Positions 14,660-31,349 of a stretch of DNA of 64,000 nt are shown here, piece after piece; positions within the stretch are counted from its first letter, which is position 1, and each line of letters opens with the position of its first letter. The notes under the pieces were generated by a model. That model was given only the letters and a program-made list of their open reading frames with translations, was not told the DNA's origin and searched no databases. The translations under genes and the position numbers were made by a program. Location of the stretch: the NCBI RefSeq assembly GCF_009914755.1, contig NC_060946.1. One strand, given 5' to 3'. The DNA is from the human T2T-CHM13v2.0 reference genome, Homo sapiens.

Positions 14660-15108
14660 TGTGTTGTATTGGACTCTAAAGAATATATGTTAAAGCCCTA
14701 CACCCCAGTATTCAAGCACATAAAATCATTTGAAAATCGGATCATTGAAGATATAATAGTTAAGATGAGGTCATTCTGGAGTAGGGAGGTCTCTTTATCA
14801 GTGTCCCTGGGTCCTTGTAGGAAGTCAGCCATGAGAAGACAGAGAGGCACAGGGAGAAAGTCATGTTAATATGGAGGCATGGAGTGAAGTTACTCAGCTA
14901 CAATACAAGGAACACCAAAGATTACTAGCAAAGAGGAAGAGCTGCCAGGAAGAATCCAGGAAGGTTTTCTCTACAGGTGTCAGAGGGAACATGGCCCCGC
15001 CCTATGGATTTGGATTTCTAGCTTCCAGAACTGTGAAACAATAAATGCCTTTCATTTTAAATCACATGTGTAGGGTTATTTTTATGGCAGCTCAAGGAAA
15101 TTATTACA
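14660..15108 (+). mobile_element. MaLR solo LTR (MLT1C-like), paralogous copy of 3695-4144
   Basis: Same MLT1 motifs (ttccagaactgtgaaacaataaat, aggaaattattaca) in the same position downstream of an IGLV7-like relic. Confidence 0.7.
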
Positions 15109-15479
15109 CCAAACAGTCATTGTAACTATTTCTGAGTTTGCATGCATTCTCTCATCTTGTTTCTCAGTTTTTTCAACAAATGTGACCATGTCTGTCTTCG
15201 TATTTCTTCCTTGTATAACTGGCATTGAAGGTTGACGTAAGTTATTCTCGCTGTCACAAAAATTATATAAACATGTAAATAAGGCTTAATTTTATTTTGT
15301 TCGTAGGTACAAATGCAAAACTAATTCCAATTGTTTTGTAAGAAATTTTTGTAAATATTTTTCTCATGTAAATTAGAAGGGTCTCTTGAGTTACTGAAAC
15401 ACTTCTGGCCATTTCTGTGATCTTGTGGTGTCAGGATGAGATGGCTACCATGTTCAATGAAAGCTTCAAATACATTATT

Positions 15480-17471
15480 ATTTTTTCTAGGTTTTTAAAA
15501 TTTAATACAGTCTAATTAAATAGTAACAGCAGTAACTAAATGCACTGAAAAACAGACAGGTGCCTGCCTATATCTGGAATAAAATTACATCAAACTAGTC
15601 TCCATGGTAAAAAAAAAAAAAAAGACAACTGCTGATATCCATGGTTAGACAAGTCAAGGACAACTTGGAATTTCTAAAGCCATTTTTCTAAAAATCAACA
15701 GCAACAGGGACACAACTACTTCAAGGGGTAAAATATCTATATCTACATTGTTTTTTATTAACGAAGATTGAGTTGCACCTAAACAGCATGGCATTCTTAT
15801 CTTTAGCCTTAAAGGAAAAGTGAAAGTATTTTCCATTTGCACCAGTTTGAAATATTTCTGAAATAAGGATTACTTCAAATGAATTATTACATTACTTATA
15901 CACATAAGAGGGTCTCACATATAGTGAAAAGGCAAACCCAGGATTTTAACGTCAACCTTTTAAAGTTGATTTGATTGCATAAAATGAGAGAGAAATTCTC
16001 ACACGCATAATCTGTTTAACAAAACTCCTCGGTGAATCAGGATGCAAAATATAAAATGTTCTAAGGAGACTCTGATGAGCAGGCATATAAAATTGAAGTG
16101 AAACCCATGTCAGCTTCGTTCCTCCCACTTCTTTGGTGCTTCTATGAGGAGCTCTTTCTCTACTGCAAGAGCCTGGACTTTTGACCTAATGGAGAAGAAC
16201 CTCAGGAAGGCAAGGCATTCTGATAAAATGCCCCTTCAGCCCTTACTTGAGACCTTTTATTTTTTAATTTAAAGGGATCAACTGGTCTTGTTCAGCCTTA
16301 GGAAAGAAAGCATCACTCAGATAAAAGTATTTGGGGAAACTTTAAATACCTGGCTACCTCTTGATATATTTAAATTAGATTGACTTCAGCTGTTCTTAGA
16401 AAGCATTCTGCATAGTTATCCAGAGCAGCCACTGAAGTTCTGGTTCTCCTTACATGGCTGCATTCAGAGGTACTCCACATGAGGCATGTTTAGAAAAAGA
16501 AGGACCCTTATACTTGGGAGTTTTTGTTCTTCCACGTAACCTGTTAGTACTGTTGGTAAAGGCAGTCCCCAGATGGCACCAGTGCATTTTGTCAATGGTG
16601 AGTCTAGACAGTGTTGCAGGGGTGTTGCTGATGAGTAGAACAGTGAGCAGATAAAGGTGAGCAGTGTTGATCTAAAGGCTTTGGGGTCCATCTGCTTATC
16701 CTTGCACACCTGAACAAAGTCATCAGATGTGCCACACCATCAAACTGTTGAAGCTTGGACTTGATACATGATAGAGTTCCATGCCAATTGCCCATCTTCA
16801 TATTCAACTTGCAGATTAGTTGGTCCAGCTGATATTTTAACAGATACTGTTAGTAGATCATCTGAATGTGAACTATCTCTAACCAAGAAATTTCCTTCTG
16901 GTGTCTCTTTTAACTTTTCTTTGGCTTCATTAACAATCATCCTTCCCCAGTGCCATCCTGTTTGAGCTCCTACGGGGACTTCACCAGATGCACCACCTCC
17001 AGGGAAGGTTCCTGTGCTGACCCTGCTCCTCACTGGCTCTGCATCTATTCCCTGCCATTCCCAGAGGGCTGGAGACACCACAGGGTCATGGAAGTAAGGT
17101 CACTGAGGCAAAGACAGATGGCCACCCAAACTGGGTGAGAAAGGAGCTTTCATTTTTCCTGGAAGTCAGTGGGAACCCCCCCAATCAACCCTATGGGTTT
17201 CTGAACTGGTGGAAGATGGGGAAGGAATGAAAAGCTGCCTGTTTTTCTCAACAGGTCCAGGTTGAGGGATGACAAAGTTCCTTGCAGATGCATCACCCAC
17301 AGATCACCAGCAGGAGGATCCTGAGGCTGCGGTCAGTGCCCTGGCACAGGACACATGGGCCATGTCCCATGCAGCACCGGTGGCTCCGAGTGAGAGGGCT
17401 TATGCTGCAGGGGAAGCCAAAGATTCCTGAGCCACAGCGGTAAGACATGAGATGACTTAAATATCTGTCCC
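15480..17471 (-). pseudogene. SOCS2P2: SOCS2 processed pseudogene
   Basis: Intronless, disrupted SOCS2 CDS 17089->16508: QTGWHWGRMIVNEAKEKLKETPEGNFLVRDSSHSDDLLTVSVKISAGPTNL (SH2) and KCTGAIWGLPLP (SOCS box). About 1 kb of 3'UTR with ATTAAA and a short poly(A) at 15481-15486. Candidate TSD tcaa(a/g)ta(c/t)attatt at 15466-15479 / 17472-17485. Confidence 0.92.
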
Positions 17472-17640
17472 TCAAGTATATTATTCTTAATATTTAATGC
17501 ACAAAATAGTGAAAGAAGAGATTAGCTTGCAGTGCAAATTGAACAGATTCAGTATAGCTTGAGGCATGAGAAACAACAGCTCTATTACCATTTACCAAAA
17601 ATACACCCTGAATGGACAGGGGGTGCCCGTGAGCTGGAGA

Positions 17641-17812
17641 TAGGGTGCCCCAATTGAGGAAATATAAATACTGGTTATCAGTTAAATTTGAATTCATGTA
17701 AACAACCATTTAATAGATTTTTATTTTTAGTATAATTATGTCCTATGCAAAGTTACTTATCTTTAATTCTAATGTAACTGGATGTCTTGCATCTTGTGAG
17801 ATACCATTCCCA
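17641..17812. mobile_element. MER53-like hAT MITE
   Basis: tagggtgccc..cagttaaatttgaattca..tagtataattatgtcc..taactggatgtcttg, a palindromic MER53 pattern. Confidence 0.6.
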
Positions 17813-17924
17813 GCATTCCCAGCTGGGCTCTGACATCTGAGTCTATGCTATTTACCTCAAAAACAGAGTTCCTGTAACAAAGTTATCCCCAAGTAAGTAC
17901 TTCGGTTAGAAATAAATATGTCTG

Positions 17925-18241
17925 GGCTGGGCACAGTGGCTCATGCCTGTAATCCCAGCACTTTGGTAGGCCAAGGCAGGCAGATTACTTGAGGTCAGGA
18001 GTTCAAAACCAGCCTGGCCAACATGATGAAACCCTGTCTCTACCAAAAATACAAAAGGTAGCCGGGCGTGGGGGCACCTCTGCAGTCCCAGCTACTGGAG
18101 AGGCTGGGGTGGGAGATTCACTTGAACCGGGAGGTGGAGCTTGCAGTGAGCCAAGATTGCACCACTGCACTTCAGCCTGGGTGACAGGGCAAGTCTCTGT
18201 CTCAATAAATAAATAAATAAATAAATACATAAATAATTTAT
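17925..18241 (+). mobile_element. AluS
   Basis: Full dimeric Alu with an (AAAT)n tail. Confidence 0.95.
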
Positions 18242-18309
18242 AAATAAGTGTGTCATCCCATCCACCTCAAGGCTGTAAAACCTAGCATGCCTTATCCCTC
18301 CTCACTTTC

Positions 18310-21355
<3,046 letters not shown>

Positions 21356-21736
21356 TCACTTTCAAACAGTACAACAGTTAACATTTCCTAACCATTGGAG
21401 ATATTAAAGCACAGATCTTTTATATGAGATTAGTTAAAATTTTTATCTTTAATGCACAAGAGTTTGGGAACATTAGGAATTTGTACATATGCTAAATTAT
21501 ATGTAAATGAAATGATACGATGTTTGGAATATGTTTTAAAATTAGTTGAGTGTGTGGAGTGAGGGGTAAAGAGGGATGTAAGATGAATAAGACAATTTTA
21601 TGTTGATGATGATTTAGTTGGGATGCTGGGTCCAGGACATGCAATGGGCTTTTCTCCATAGATGTCTGCAACTTCAAAAACATCCACAGTGACAAATGTG
21701 TAAAAAAAATTCTGTGAACTCTTCTGTGGTGGTGTG

Positions 21737-22506
21737 TGTATTGAGGTGGATAAGGGACCCCCTATTAAGGGCCTGACTTCTCCCCCTGAAGCACGGAAAT
21801 AAAGGAGAATCTTGAGTTTCTTCAAGGGAAATTTCAGGTACCTCACTGTCCCTGAGAAGAAAACCTGACTAGCAAAAAGGTTAAAGGAGCTTAAAACAAC
21901 CAAGGAAGTTAGAGGCATGGGATGTCTGGGTCCCTATAGAAACTAAAAACAACAACTTAACATATGCCCCTGAGTTGTTTTTCAAACACTCAGACCACCT
22001 CCAAAAGTCTCGGCTGTCAGTAGGCCTCAGATAATGGGAAACTGAGGACTGAGGTCTGACTGCCCTTCTTTGTTCTAAGTCTCTTACTGAGGGGCCCTGA
22101 GGAAATCACGCCCATGAGCCAGAGCTAACATTTCTTTCTGTTGACCCCAATTTTTTGGACAAAGCTTTACGACCTTAACCAGTTGCAAATCAGGAAATTT
22201 CTAAATCTACTTACCTTTGACCTGAAAGCCCCTGCTTCAAAATACTCTACTGTTTTAGGCCAAATCAGTGTATAACCTCTATATATTGATTTACAGTTTT
22301 GACTATGACTTCTGTTTTCTGAAGATTTCCCCTGCTTTTAAACACCTTTGCTTTCAGGCCATCAGGGAGTTTGGGTCTTAAGCATGAGCTGCCCGATTCT
22401 CCTTGCTTGATGCCTGTGATAAATGTCTCATTCTCTTGCTGCAATCCTGATGTCAGTGCTTAGATTTGTATACCTGGTCAATGGATTCAAGTTTGGTCCA
22501 TTAATA
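21737..22506 (+). mobile_element. ERV1 solo LTR (MER39-like)
   Basis: ggaaataaaggagaatcttgagtttcttcaagggaaatt and caaggaagttagag..ccctatagaaactaaa; starts with TG; gtgtg direct repeats at 21732-21736 / 22507-22511. Confidence 0.75.
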
Positions 22507-23328
22507 GTGTGTCTTGCTTTTAACAGACACTCAGAGTTGCCAGATGGTGTGCCTCCACCCTGACCTCCAGTTGAAGCTCATCTCCTCCCCGCACACAGAG
22601 GAGGACTTGGTGAGAAGGCCACAGAATGGAAAGGAGCTCAGGGTTTCCCAGGAAAGAGAAGTGAGTGATACCGGAGGCCCCAGAGCAAGAGGAAGGGCTG
22701 TGAGGTAGGCAGGGGCCATAAAGTGAAGGGCATGCTGGTGGGGCTGCAAGGTCCAGGGTTTATGTAAACAGCAATGAAGAACCACAAAAGGAGTTTAAGC
22801 CCAGGAGTAAGATGAACAGGCTGAATGAGAAGGATGTCTCCAGCTGCCTCGAGGAGAAAGGCCTGAGGGCACCAGGGGATCCTGGTCATAGATTATTCAC
22901 TAAGAGAACCTGTGAGTCTAGAAGTTTGAAGACTATTTGCACAGTTAAAGCAGATTTGCATCTGGGATACAGTGAAGAAGTGATAATTTCTGCATTAATC
23001 TGTCCAGTCATTCAACGTTTCTGCAGAAACATTAAAAGGTCACACTTATCTTTCTTAGTAAGCCATGAAAAAAATGTAAGTAGGGAAAATTAGGTTTAGA
23101 ATATAAACAAATTGTATTCTATCTAAAACAAAATTCTATTGAGAAGTAGATGAAACAGATAAGCAGAAAAATAAAAAGGTAGGAAGACAAAACTCACTTC
23201 ATAAAATAAGAAATGTGTTACACCATGAACTGGTAAATGTTATGCCTACCCAAATTATTTTTTCACAAATAAAATCTAGTGAGTATCAACATGCTAAAAT
23301 CATGGTGTGACTTAGGAAATGTTTTCTG

Positions 23329-23661
<333 letters not shown>

Positions 23662-24466
23662 TTAAATCTATCACTGAGGTGATTCCTGAAACAGTCCCCT
23701 TCTATGTCATTGCCTTGAACAACCCCTTCATGCCACTCAAGTCAGCACAACTGTTTCAGCATCTGTGGTGGTGCCATAGTGACGTATGCAGGTCATTTAG
23801 CTTTTTCTAGAATGTACTCTTGGGGCACTGGCACCTTAAAAGGTTATAAAATTTTTAAACAGTTATAAACGAACATATTTGCTCCTCTCATAGATCAAGA
23901 CTACTTACAGGAGTGAGATACTGGCTAGGCATCTAGTAGACCACGTCATCATCACAGGATATAGGATTCAGGACACAGATGTGTATACAGAGGAATAGTG
24001 TCCTGGTGAGCTGCAGAGATCAGCTGGGCTCTCTGGTCTCTGAGCCATGGGGAGGTGAGTGTCCTGCTATCAGCAGGCTGCACTGTGGGACTTGCCTGTG
24101 GTGTCTGCACAGCTGCTCTTTAAGAACCATTCATTCCAAGGAGCCTAGGTCTAGGGGCTGGGCCTTGTGCTCATTGATGGGGACTCGGCAGCTGTCTTCT
24201 CTGGTCTGGCAGAGTCTGCTGAACAGGGACCTGTGTATGGTCTCAGCAGGTGATATCTCCTAGGGCCCTTCCAAGGAGGGAAAGCAAATCATCTTCCTCA
24301 GTCTGCAGTGTGAGCTGGGCTCCAGCCCCAGGGCTCAGGAAGGGACTGGGCAGTCCCTGCATAGAAACACATTTGCATGAGCAGCCCCTCCTCTGCTGGG
24401 GGTTGGGAAGAAAAGGAGGCCTGGGGCAGCTCAGGCTCACTGTGGTGGTCAGGGGCTGTGTCCACC

Positions 24467-25052
24467 ATGGCCAGAACTTCTCTCCTCCTCCTGATCCTCT
24501 TTCACTGCTGGCCTGAACTTCTCTTCTCCTTATGCTCCTCTCTCACTGCACAGGTAAGGACAGGCCTCGGAGATCAGGACTCAGTTTTCAGCCTGCATCA
24601 GTCCCTCAGGCTCAGGAACCCATGACAAATTTCATCCTCATCTTAACCCTGTCTCTTATTTGTGTCTGTGTTTACAAATTCCCTCTCCCAGCTTGTGCTG
24701 ACTCAGCTGTGTCCTCCCCCCCACTTCCTGTATCTCTGGGAGCATCTTCCAGACTCACCTGCACCCTGAGCAGTGGCTGCAGTGTTGACATTTATCTCAT
24801 ATCCCGCTGTCAGCAAAAGCCAGTGAGCCCTTCCCAGTATCTCCTGATCTACCTCTCAAAAGTCAAGTAAAACTAGGGCTCTGGAGTCTCCAGCTGCTTC
24901 TCTAAATCCAAAGATGCCTTGGCCAGTGCAGGCAATTTGCTCATCTCTGGGGTCCAGCCAGAGGACAAGACTATCTGTTCTATCTATTACTGTCAGACCT
25001 GGGATATTGATACTTCAGTTACACAGGCAGATGAGAAAGTGAGACGAAACTC
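24467..25052 (+). pseudogene. IGLV(IV)-59: IGLV clan IV (IGLV5-like) pseudogene
   Basis: Octamer ATTTGCAT 24371-24378. Leader 24467-24553 with a 41-bp tandem duplication; acceptor mutated. [18 protein letters not shown]..., SKDALASAGNLLISGVQPED, YYCQTWDIDT, with stops and frameshifts. Heptamer destroyed, 23-nt spacer, nonamer acgaaactc 25044-25052. Name assigned from position between 4-60 and (V)-58. Confidence 0.85.
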
Positions 25053-25549
25053 AGCCTACTAAGAATGGAACTATGGCTCTTTTTCCAATTGTCAAATAAT
25101 TTTCACATACACAAACTATTTTGGAAGTAGCTACTGATTCACAATGGTTCTCTCAATGTCCCATTCAATGTTTCTGAGTCCTCAGGCAAACTAACAACAA
25201 AACAATGATAAAACATATGACAAAACATATGATAACACTGACTCTTTCCCTGCTGAACCACATGTAATAAAACCAGAGGAGCTGGTTTAATAAAACCTGA
25301 GGAGCTGACTTTTCTTTTAAAAGAAAAGATGACAGTCTTTTGGAGTCTTTTTCTTGGTCAAAATTTCCTAGACCATCCCAGCAGGTGGACAGTCCCCTAC
25401 AGAAGACACGATCCTGGGAGGAATCCCAGGTACAGAGCTGGCCTGCTTCACTTGTGGGTACCTGCCACTTCAATTGTGAAATCAGGGAGGGGAGAGTAAG
25501 CATAGGGGGTAGGTGAGGATCAGGAAAGGGGCAAGGCCACTACATTTCA

Positions 25550-25665
25550 TTAACCACCTTTGGACTCCAGTGCAAGATAGAGGCTGATGATCCCATCACA
25601 CAGGTGACTACAACCTCCTTGTCATCAACAGCTCCTGCCCATGGGGAAGCGAAATGAAAATCTAT
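25550..25665 (+). pseudogene. 3' fragment of a clan I V relic (paralog of 9150-9430)
   Basis: tggactccag..gaggctgat (GLQ..EAD) and catggggaagcga. Downstream flank 25665-25752 aligns by eye with 9430-9520. Confidence 0.55.
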
Positions 25666-27658
25666 CCCCATCCCTCTCTTCTTACATATCCCTGTCCTGC
25701 CCCTGCCGGTGACCAACACCAGCTCAGGTTGAATTTTGTTTTGTCACTTGTGCTATTAAAGAAAATAACTCCTTCTCTTACTGGTCTCCTAGTTCAGACA
25801 GAATCAGTTTGTTTCCAGAAATAGAAAACGCTGCTCACACACATGAGTGTAAAGTAAGGATGACAAAAAGAAAAAATCCAGGCTATGTGGCCCAGAGACC
25901 CAGGTGCCCTCTGATTGGCCTCATAGATGTCCCCTCCTCCTGGCCCAGGTTTGCTTGTCATTCCTTAAGCTCTGGAACCTTGAACTACATGGGTTCTGTC
26001 TTCATAGTTGCAGAAGAAAACCCTCCCCAAGAAGGAGATGGTTCCCAGAACCAGCACATGCTCACTTTTCTCTGTTTAATTCCACACATCTGACTTATTT
26101 TTGCTTCCATGAGCCTTTGTTGAAGATATCACTGAATACCTCTCATTTCTGTTAGGTCTACAGCCTATGGACCTATCTCCATTATATTTGTGCTTATTTT
26201 TCTAACCTTTATGACTGATTATCATTTAAGCTTAATATGAGATATGCATCTATATTAAAGATATATAAATATGTCATCAATGGTCAATATTATTAAAGTT
26301 ATAAGTAGTAATGCAAAATTGTAGCTATTATATCATTTCACTTGTTCACTAACATTAATATGTGAAGTGAGAAGATCACTTTATTAATCACGCACTCCTG
26401 GTCATGTGTGCGGATGAGTAAGCTCAGGGGGGATGCTGCCATGGTCCATGGGAAGCCTCAAGAACAGCAGACCTGGCACATCAGGCACAACATGGGACAC
26501 AGGGAGTGAGCCATGTCAGCAGAAAGCAGAATAGACTGAGGCATCAGAAACAACCCATTGCCAAACTCTCCACTGCCTTCCTGCATGGGTCAGACCAGAG
26601 CTGCTCAAACATAACGTGCACACAGATCATCTGGGCTCCTGGAAAATGTGGACTCAGGGGTCTAGGATGAGGACTGAGATTCTACACTTCTAAAGATCCC
26701 TTCTCCTACAAATCCACATATGTGTTTCTGTATCACAAAATTAGTAAGAATGGGGGAAAATAAGAAGGAAAGCCATTTGTAGACAGGAAGCAAAGAAACA
26801 TCTTTCGCGGAGAGAACTACAGAATTTTCATGAAGAAAGACTTCCAGTTGAGGCAGGCAGACAACCAGAGAGGACAGCCGAGAAGACTGAGGAGGCTCCT
26901 CTTTCTTCACAAAACAAACAAATGAAAGCAAAAAGACACCAAGCCTCCCCCTTACCTGCCCTGCCCTCTGGCTCCTGTCCAATCTCCCCACCAGCTTCTC
27001 CTTCAGCCTCTTCTAAATTGTGGACCCTCCTCACCTTCCCTTCAGGAGATGCCCTGAGTCCACTGCTTCTCTTTCCCAACCCCACTAGCACCTTCCGCTA
27101 CTTCCTGGGTTTCTCCTCAGCTACCAGAGAATGCAGTGAACCATCCAATCCAAATAAATTATCCTGTTAAACATTGACCAGTAGGTCTCCTTTGTGCGGA
27201 TCTGAGGAATCAAGCAGGGAGAAAGAACCTGACTTTGTGAGCTGCCTGAGAAATGAGTTCATGGCTGAAGTGTCCCTTTTCTCAGCTAACATGTTTTATT
27301 TCATGCACAGGGTGTATACAGAGACAATCTTCCCCTGAGGACTCCATAAAAGATGGGGAGAATTGTGTGTCCAGTTCCCATTGAGGAGACACACACAGAA
27401 AACTAAAGGCTGAGGTGAGGTAGGAGGCTGCCCTGAGGACGGGCCTTGCCCTGCCCTTGGTCAGGGAGTGAGCAGTGTTCAAGACCCTGGTGGGGACAGG
27501 AGGCTCTGTCAGGACCCCGGCATCTGGTCAGAGACACGGTGGACCTGGACTTGAGCAGCAGGGGATGCTGTGGCCCTGCTGCTGAGCCCTCTGTGGGGCT
27601 GTCAGCTGGGAAACCAGAACCCTGTGTGGTCTGTGCTCAGAGATCACTGGGCCAAGTA

Positions 27659-27736
27659 GCTGGATCCTCTGTGGGCTCCTGGGGAGCCTCAGGCCAGGCT
27701 GGATCCTCTGTGGGCTCCTGGGGAGCCTCAGGCCAG
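27659..27736 (+). repeat. Perfect 39-bp tandem duplication upstream of IGLV(V)-58
   Basis: gctggatcctctgtgggctcctggggagcctcaggccag twice; single copy at the paralogous IGLV4-60 position (about 7500-7539). Confidence 0.95.
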
Positions 27737-27928
27737 GCCCAAGTTAGGCCCACCCCTCCCAGAAATGACACAGCCATTGCCGCTGCATACAGCCCCAGGG
27801 AGGGGTACGGTTGGGCAGAAGAGAGACAAGTTTGCATGAAGGGCCCCTCTCTCTCTTCTGGGACTACCGGATGGATAAGAGGGACCTGCATCATGTCAGC
27901 CTCAGCAGAGCTCTGGGGTGTTTGCACC

Positions 27929-28466
27929 ATGGCCTGGACCCCACTCTTCCTCCTCCTCACCCTCCTCCTCCACCACTGCAGAGGTCAGGATGGCCCTTAG
28001 CACCCTGATCCTGCAGCTCACTCACACTGCCTCACAAACTCATACCAGGAATGTCCTTCCCTCTTATCCTTACTTCAGGCCATAATGGGCGTCTATGTCT
28101 TCAGGGTCCCTCTCCCAGCCTGTGCTGACTCAGTCACCCACTGCATCTGCCTCCCTGTGGGAGCCTCGGTCAAGCTTACCTCCACTCTGAGCAGCAAATA
28201 CAGCACCTACATTATTGAGTGGCATCAGCAGTAGCCAGGGAAGGTCCCTTGGTACTTGATGTATGTTACCAGTGATGGAAGCCACAAAAATGGGATCCCC
28301 AGTTACAGTTCTCAGGATCCAGCTATGGGGCTGATCGGTAGGTCACCATCTCCAACATCCAGTTTGAGGATGAAGCTGATTGTATCTGTGGTGCAGATCA
28401 TAGCATTGGTGTGACATATGGGTAAGGCAAAGTGACCCCAGTGAATGAGGAAGCAGGACAAAAACT
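27929..28466 (+). pseudogene. IGLV(V)-58: IGLV clan V (IGLV4/9-like) pseudogene
   Basis: Octamer variant gtttgcat 27830-27837. Leader 27929-27983 (MAWTPLFLLLTLLLHHCR). V exon from 28105 QPVLTQSPTASASL with a +2 frameshift, Cys23->Ser and TAG in FR2; long CDR3 CGADHSIGVTYG*. Heptamer caaagtg 28428-28434, 23-nt spacer, acaaaaact 28458-28466. Confidence 0.88.
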
Positions 28467-28540
28467 GTTTTCTCTGCTCCACTATGAAGGCTGCCACGTG
28501 GCCCTGAGAAACAGTGCCTGTTTTCCTTACTACTCAAGAA

Positions 28541-28690
28541 AGATAGATAGATAGATAGGCAGATAGCTAGCTAGATAGATAGCTAGCTAGACAGATAGGC
28601 AGATAGCTAGCTAGCTAGCTAGCTAGACAGATAGATAGGCAGATAGCTAGCTAGATGCTAGATAGACAGATACCTAGATAGCTAGATAGA
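28541..28690. repeat. Compound tetranucleotide STR (GATA/GCTA/GGCA)
   Basis: agatagatag..gctagctagc..ggcagata array visible directly. Confidence 0.95.
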
Positions 28691-29424
28691 TTTTTTGCTT
28701 TGGGTTCCTTAGGAACAAGTTTGCTAGGCCAAGCTCCTAAGGAGTACACAAGTCTGTATTAATGTGGCCAATATTAAGGCAGATCCTGTCACCCCCTGCA
28801 TGTCGATACATTGTCACCACATGGGAACTGCAAGGACATTTTTCCCTGTGGATTTAAACACTGGAACTCTGCTGCATGGCACACCCCTGCCACATCAAGT
28901 TTCATTTTAACAATCACCCATAAGATATAACTTCTTAAGAAAATTTTGAATTCTAACAAAATGCTAGAAATCACACTGTTGATACACAGCGATGGAAATA
29001 ATGAAAATTTATAGACAGTGAAATAAAAAGATTTAAAATTTTTGGTGGTTTATAAAGGTTTTCTCAGTTGTTCAGTGCGTGGGTTTTGGGATTAGGAGAA
29101 AATGAGGAGAAACTGCCTCCACCACATTGAACATGACAACTGATTTGCAATAATCTAACAAAGAAGAAGGATATAAATAATCATTAATGTCATCCTGACA
29201 GCCCTGATCCTAAATGTCAGAATTTTATTTCTTAACTTTTTTCTCCAAAAAAAAAATGTAGCTTCAGAAAAACTTCTGGAATGGTGGTATGAGGCCATCA
29301 GAAAACCTGATTCACCATACAAGCAATGAGAACAGCAGTAAAAATGATATAAATCTACTTTTCAGAACTCTGTACATTACCAAAAGCTTACAAAATTCTG
29401 GGAATCATAAAAAATAGTAATAAC

Positions 29425-29735
29425 AGCCAGACATGGTGGCTCATGCCTATAATCCCAACACATTGGGAGCTGAAGCAGAGCGATTGCTTTATCACTCCTG
29501 GGATTTTGTGATCAGACTGGGCAACAGAGTGAGGCCTCTTCTCTAAAAAACATTTTAAAAAAGTAGCTATATGTGGTGGTGTGTGGGTGTAGTTGCAGCT
29601 ACTGGGGAGGCTGAAGGTGGAGGATCACTTGAGTCTGGGAGGTGGAGGCTGCAGTGGGCTGTGATTGTGCCACTCTACTTCAGCCTGAGTCATAAAGCAA
29701 TACCCTGTCTGAATCAATCAATCAATCAATTAAAA
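29425..29735 (+). mobile_element. AluJ
   Basis: Diverged Alu dimer with an (AATC)n tail. Confidence 0.85.
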
Positions 29736-30875
29736 TAATGTGGAATCTCTGTAAGAATCTGAAGCTTTGTGGTGATTTTATTTCTTTTGCTCTCTCCCAA
29801 GTTCCACAGTAGCCTTAAAAACCAACAGCCTCAAATCTCCTGGATCTAGGGAAACTAGAAAAATAGCATTCACTGAAGCAACCAAATACCAGATCTGGAA
29901 TTTTCTCAAAAGCCCCATTCCCGTGCGACTGTCATTATTTGAGCTTTCCAAAGCTCAGAAAAGCTTCACGCTCTGTACTTTTCTAAATGTGAATTGTCTC
30001 AGAGCTCGCTTGGTTTAAACAGCTTCATCCTCAATACATTTATCAAAACAATCAGTGAGATCTGTTAAGGTCCTGAGTCAGTGATACAAGATGGGGTCAA
30101 TAAAAGGCTGACCAAAAACCTTGAGAGAAAAAAACTGGGTGTCAGAATCTGTAGAAGATTTTGATGAGCTCTGCCATATTCCTGGAAAGACAGAAGATCA
30201 CTCTCATGCTCAGAGTTATGTGCATGGCCAGGTAAAAATTAGGAAAGTCCTTAATTTTCGACACTGGCTGAAATCAACAAGGAAGGCTAAAATAGAGTTG
30301 TAAAGTGGCGGGGTTTTGCAGTCATGACCCAACCCCTGCACAGAGCATTCGGCAAATGCTGAGGAATGTGTTGTTCGAGGCGTTTAAGAACATGTCTGTC
30401 CAATAATAAGCTAATGACTGATATAATTGAGCAGAGACTGCAGTGGCTGCACAAGCAAAGAAAACAGACTTAGAGAATTATTCCAGTACCGTGAAACAAT
30501 AAATCATCATCAACAATAACAACTACAACAAAACCAGAAGCAATTATGACAAATATTTTAAGGAAAGAATCTGATTTCCAGAATCGTCACATTGTGTGAC
30601 TGAGAAGCTCCATTTGGCAAAGTGAAATTTTGAGGCAGGGACACAGCAAAGTACTGTCCATACACAGGGTTAAAAAGGAAAGCAAAGCAAAACATAAAAA
30701 CAAACAAACAACATTAAAAATAAGTTGACAAAATGATGTCCAGAGATGCATTTGGTGGTTACTACATAAAAACTTCAAATTAGCTTTTGTAAATGTGGTC
30801 AAATAAATAAATAAAACAACGTTAACAATTGTTAAGGAAAGTACGGAAAGAATGCCTCATTACAGAGAGAACATT

Positions 30876-31185
30876 GGCGGGGTGCAGTGCCTCACACCTG
30901 CAATCACAGAACTTTGTGAGGCCAAGGCAGACAGATCTCTTGAGCCCAGGAGTTTGAGGCTAGCCTGGGTAACATGGCCAAACCATGTCTCTACAGGAAA
31001 TACAAAAAAGCTAGCTGGGCATGGTGGTGCATGCCAGTAGTACCAGCTACTCAGGAGGCTGAGGTGGGAGGATTTCTGGAGCTTGGGAGGCAGAAGTTGC
31101 AAGAGCAAAGATCATGTCAATGCACTCCATCCTGGGGGACAGAGCAAGAGTCTGTCTCTAATAATAATATAATAATAATAACAAT
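30876..31185 (+). mobile_element. AluJ
   Basis: Diverged Alu dimer (ttgagcccaggagtttgag) with a (TAA)n tail. Confidence 0.85.
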
Positions 31186-31349
31186 AGAGAATACTAATAA
31201 AGAGGTATAGAAGAAAGGATCATTGAATTAAAGACAGATAAATTGATAATTATTCTGTTCCAAGAATAGAAAAAAATGACAAACAGTCTGCACAACCTGA
31301 GAGACGATGTGACACCAATCAAATGTTCCAATACACACATAGTAAGTTT

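Larger units (their letters stand above)
29270..31330 (+). mobile_element. Old L1M fragments (5' region/ORF1-like), interrupted by two AluJ
   Basis: A-rich decayed L1M-like sequence (aatctgatttccagaat, attgaattaaagacagata, tccaatacacacatagtaag); pattern recognition only. Confidence 0.5.

Noticed and set aside
27446-28000. 184-aa ORF ending in a V leader
   Set aside because: Chance open frame through the (V)-58 promoter, extended by the in-frame 39-bp duplication and starting at TTG; the real start is the ATG at 27929.
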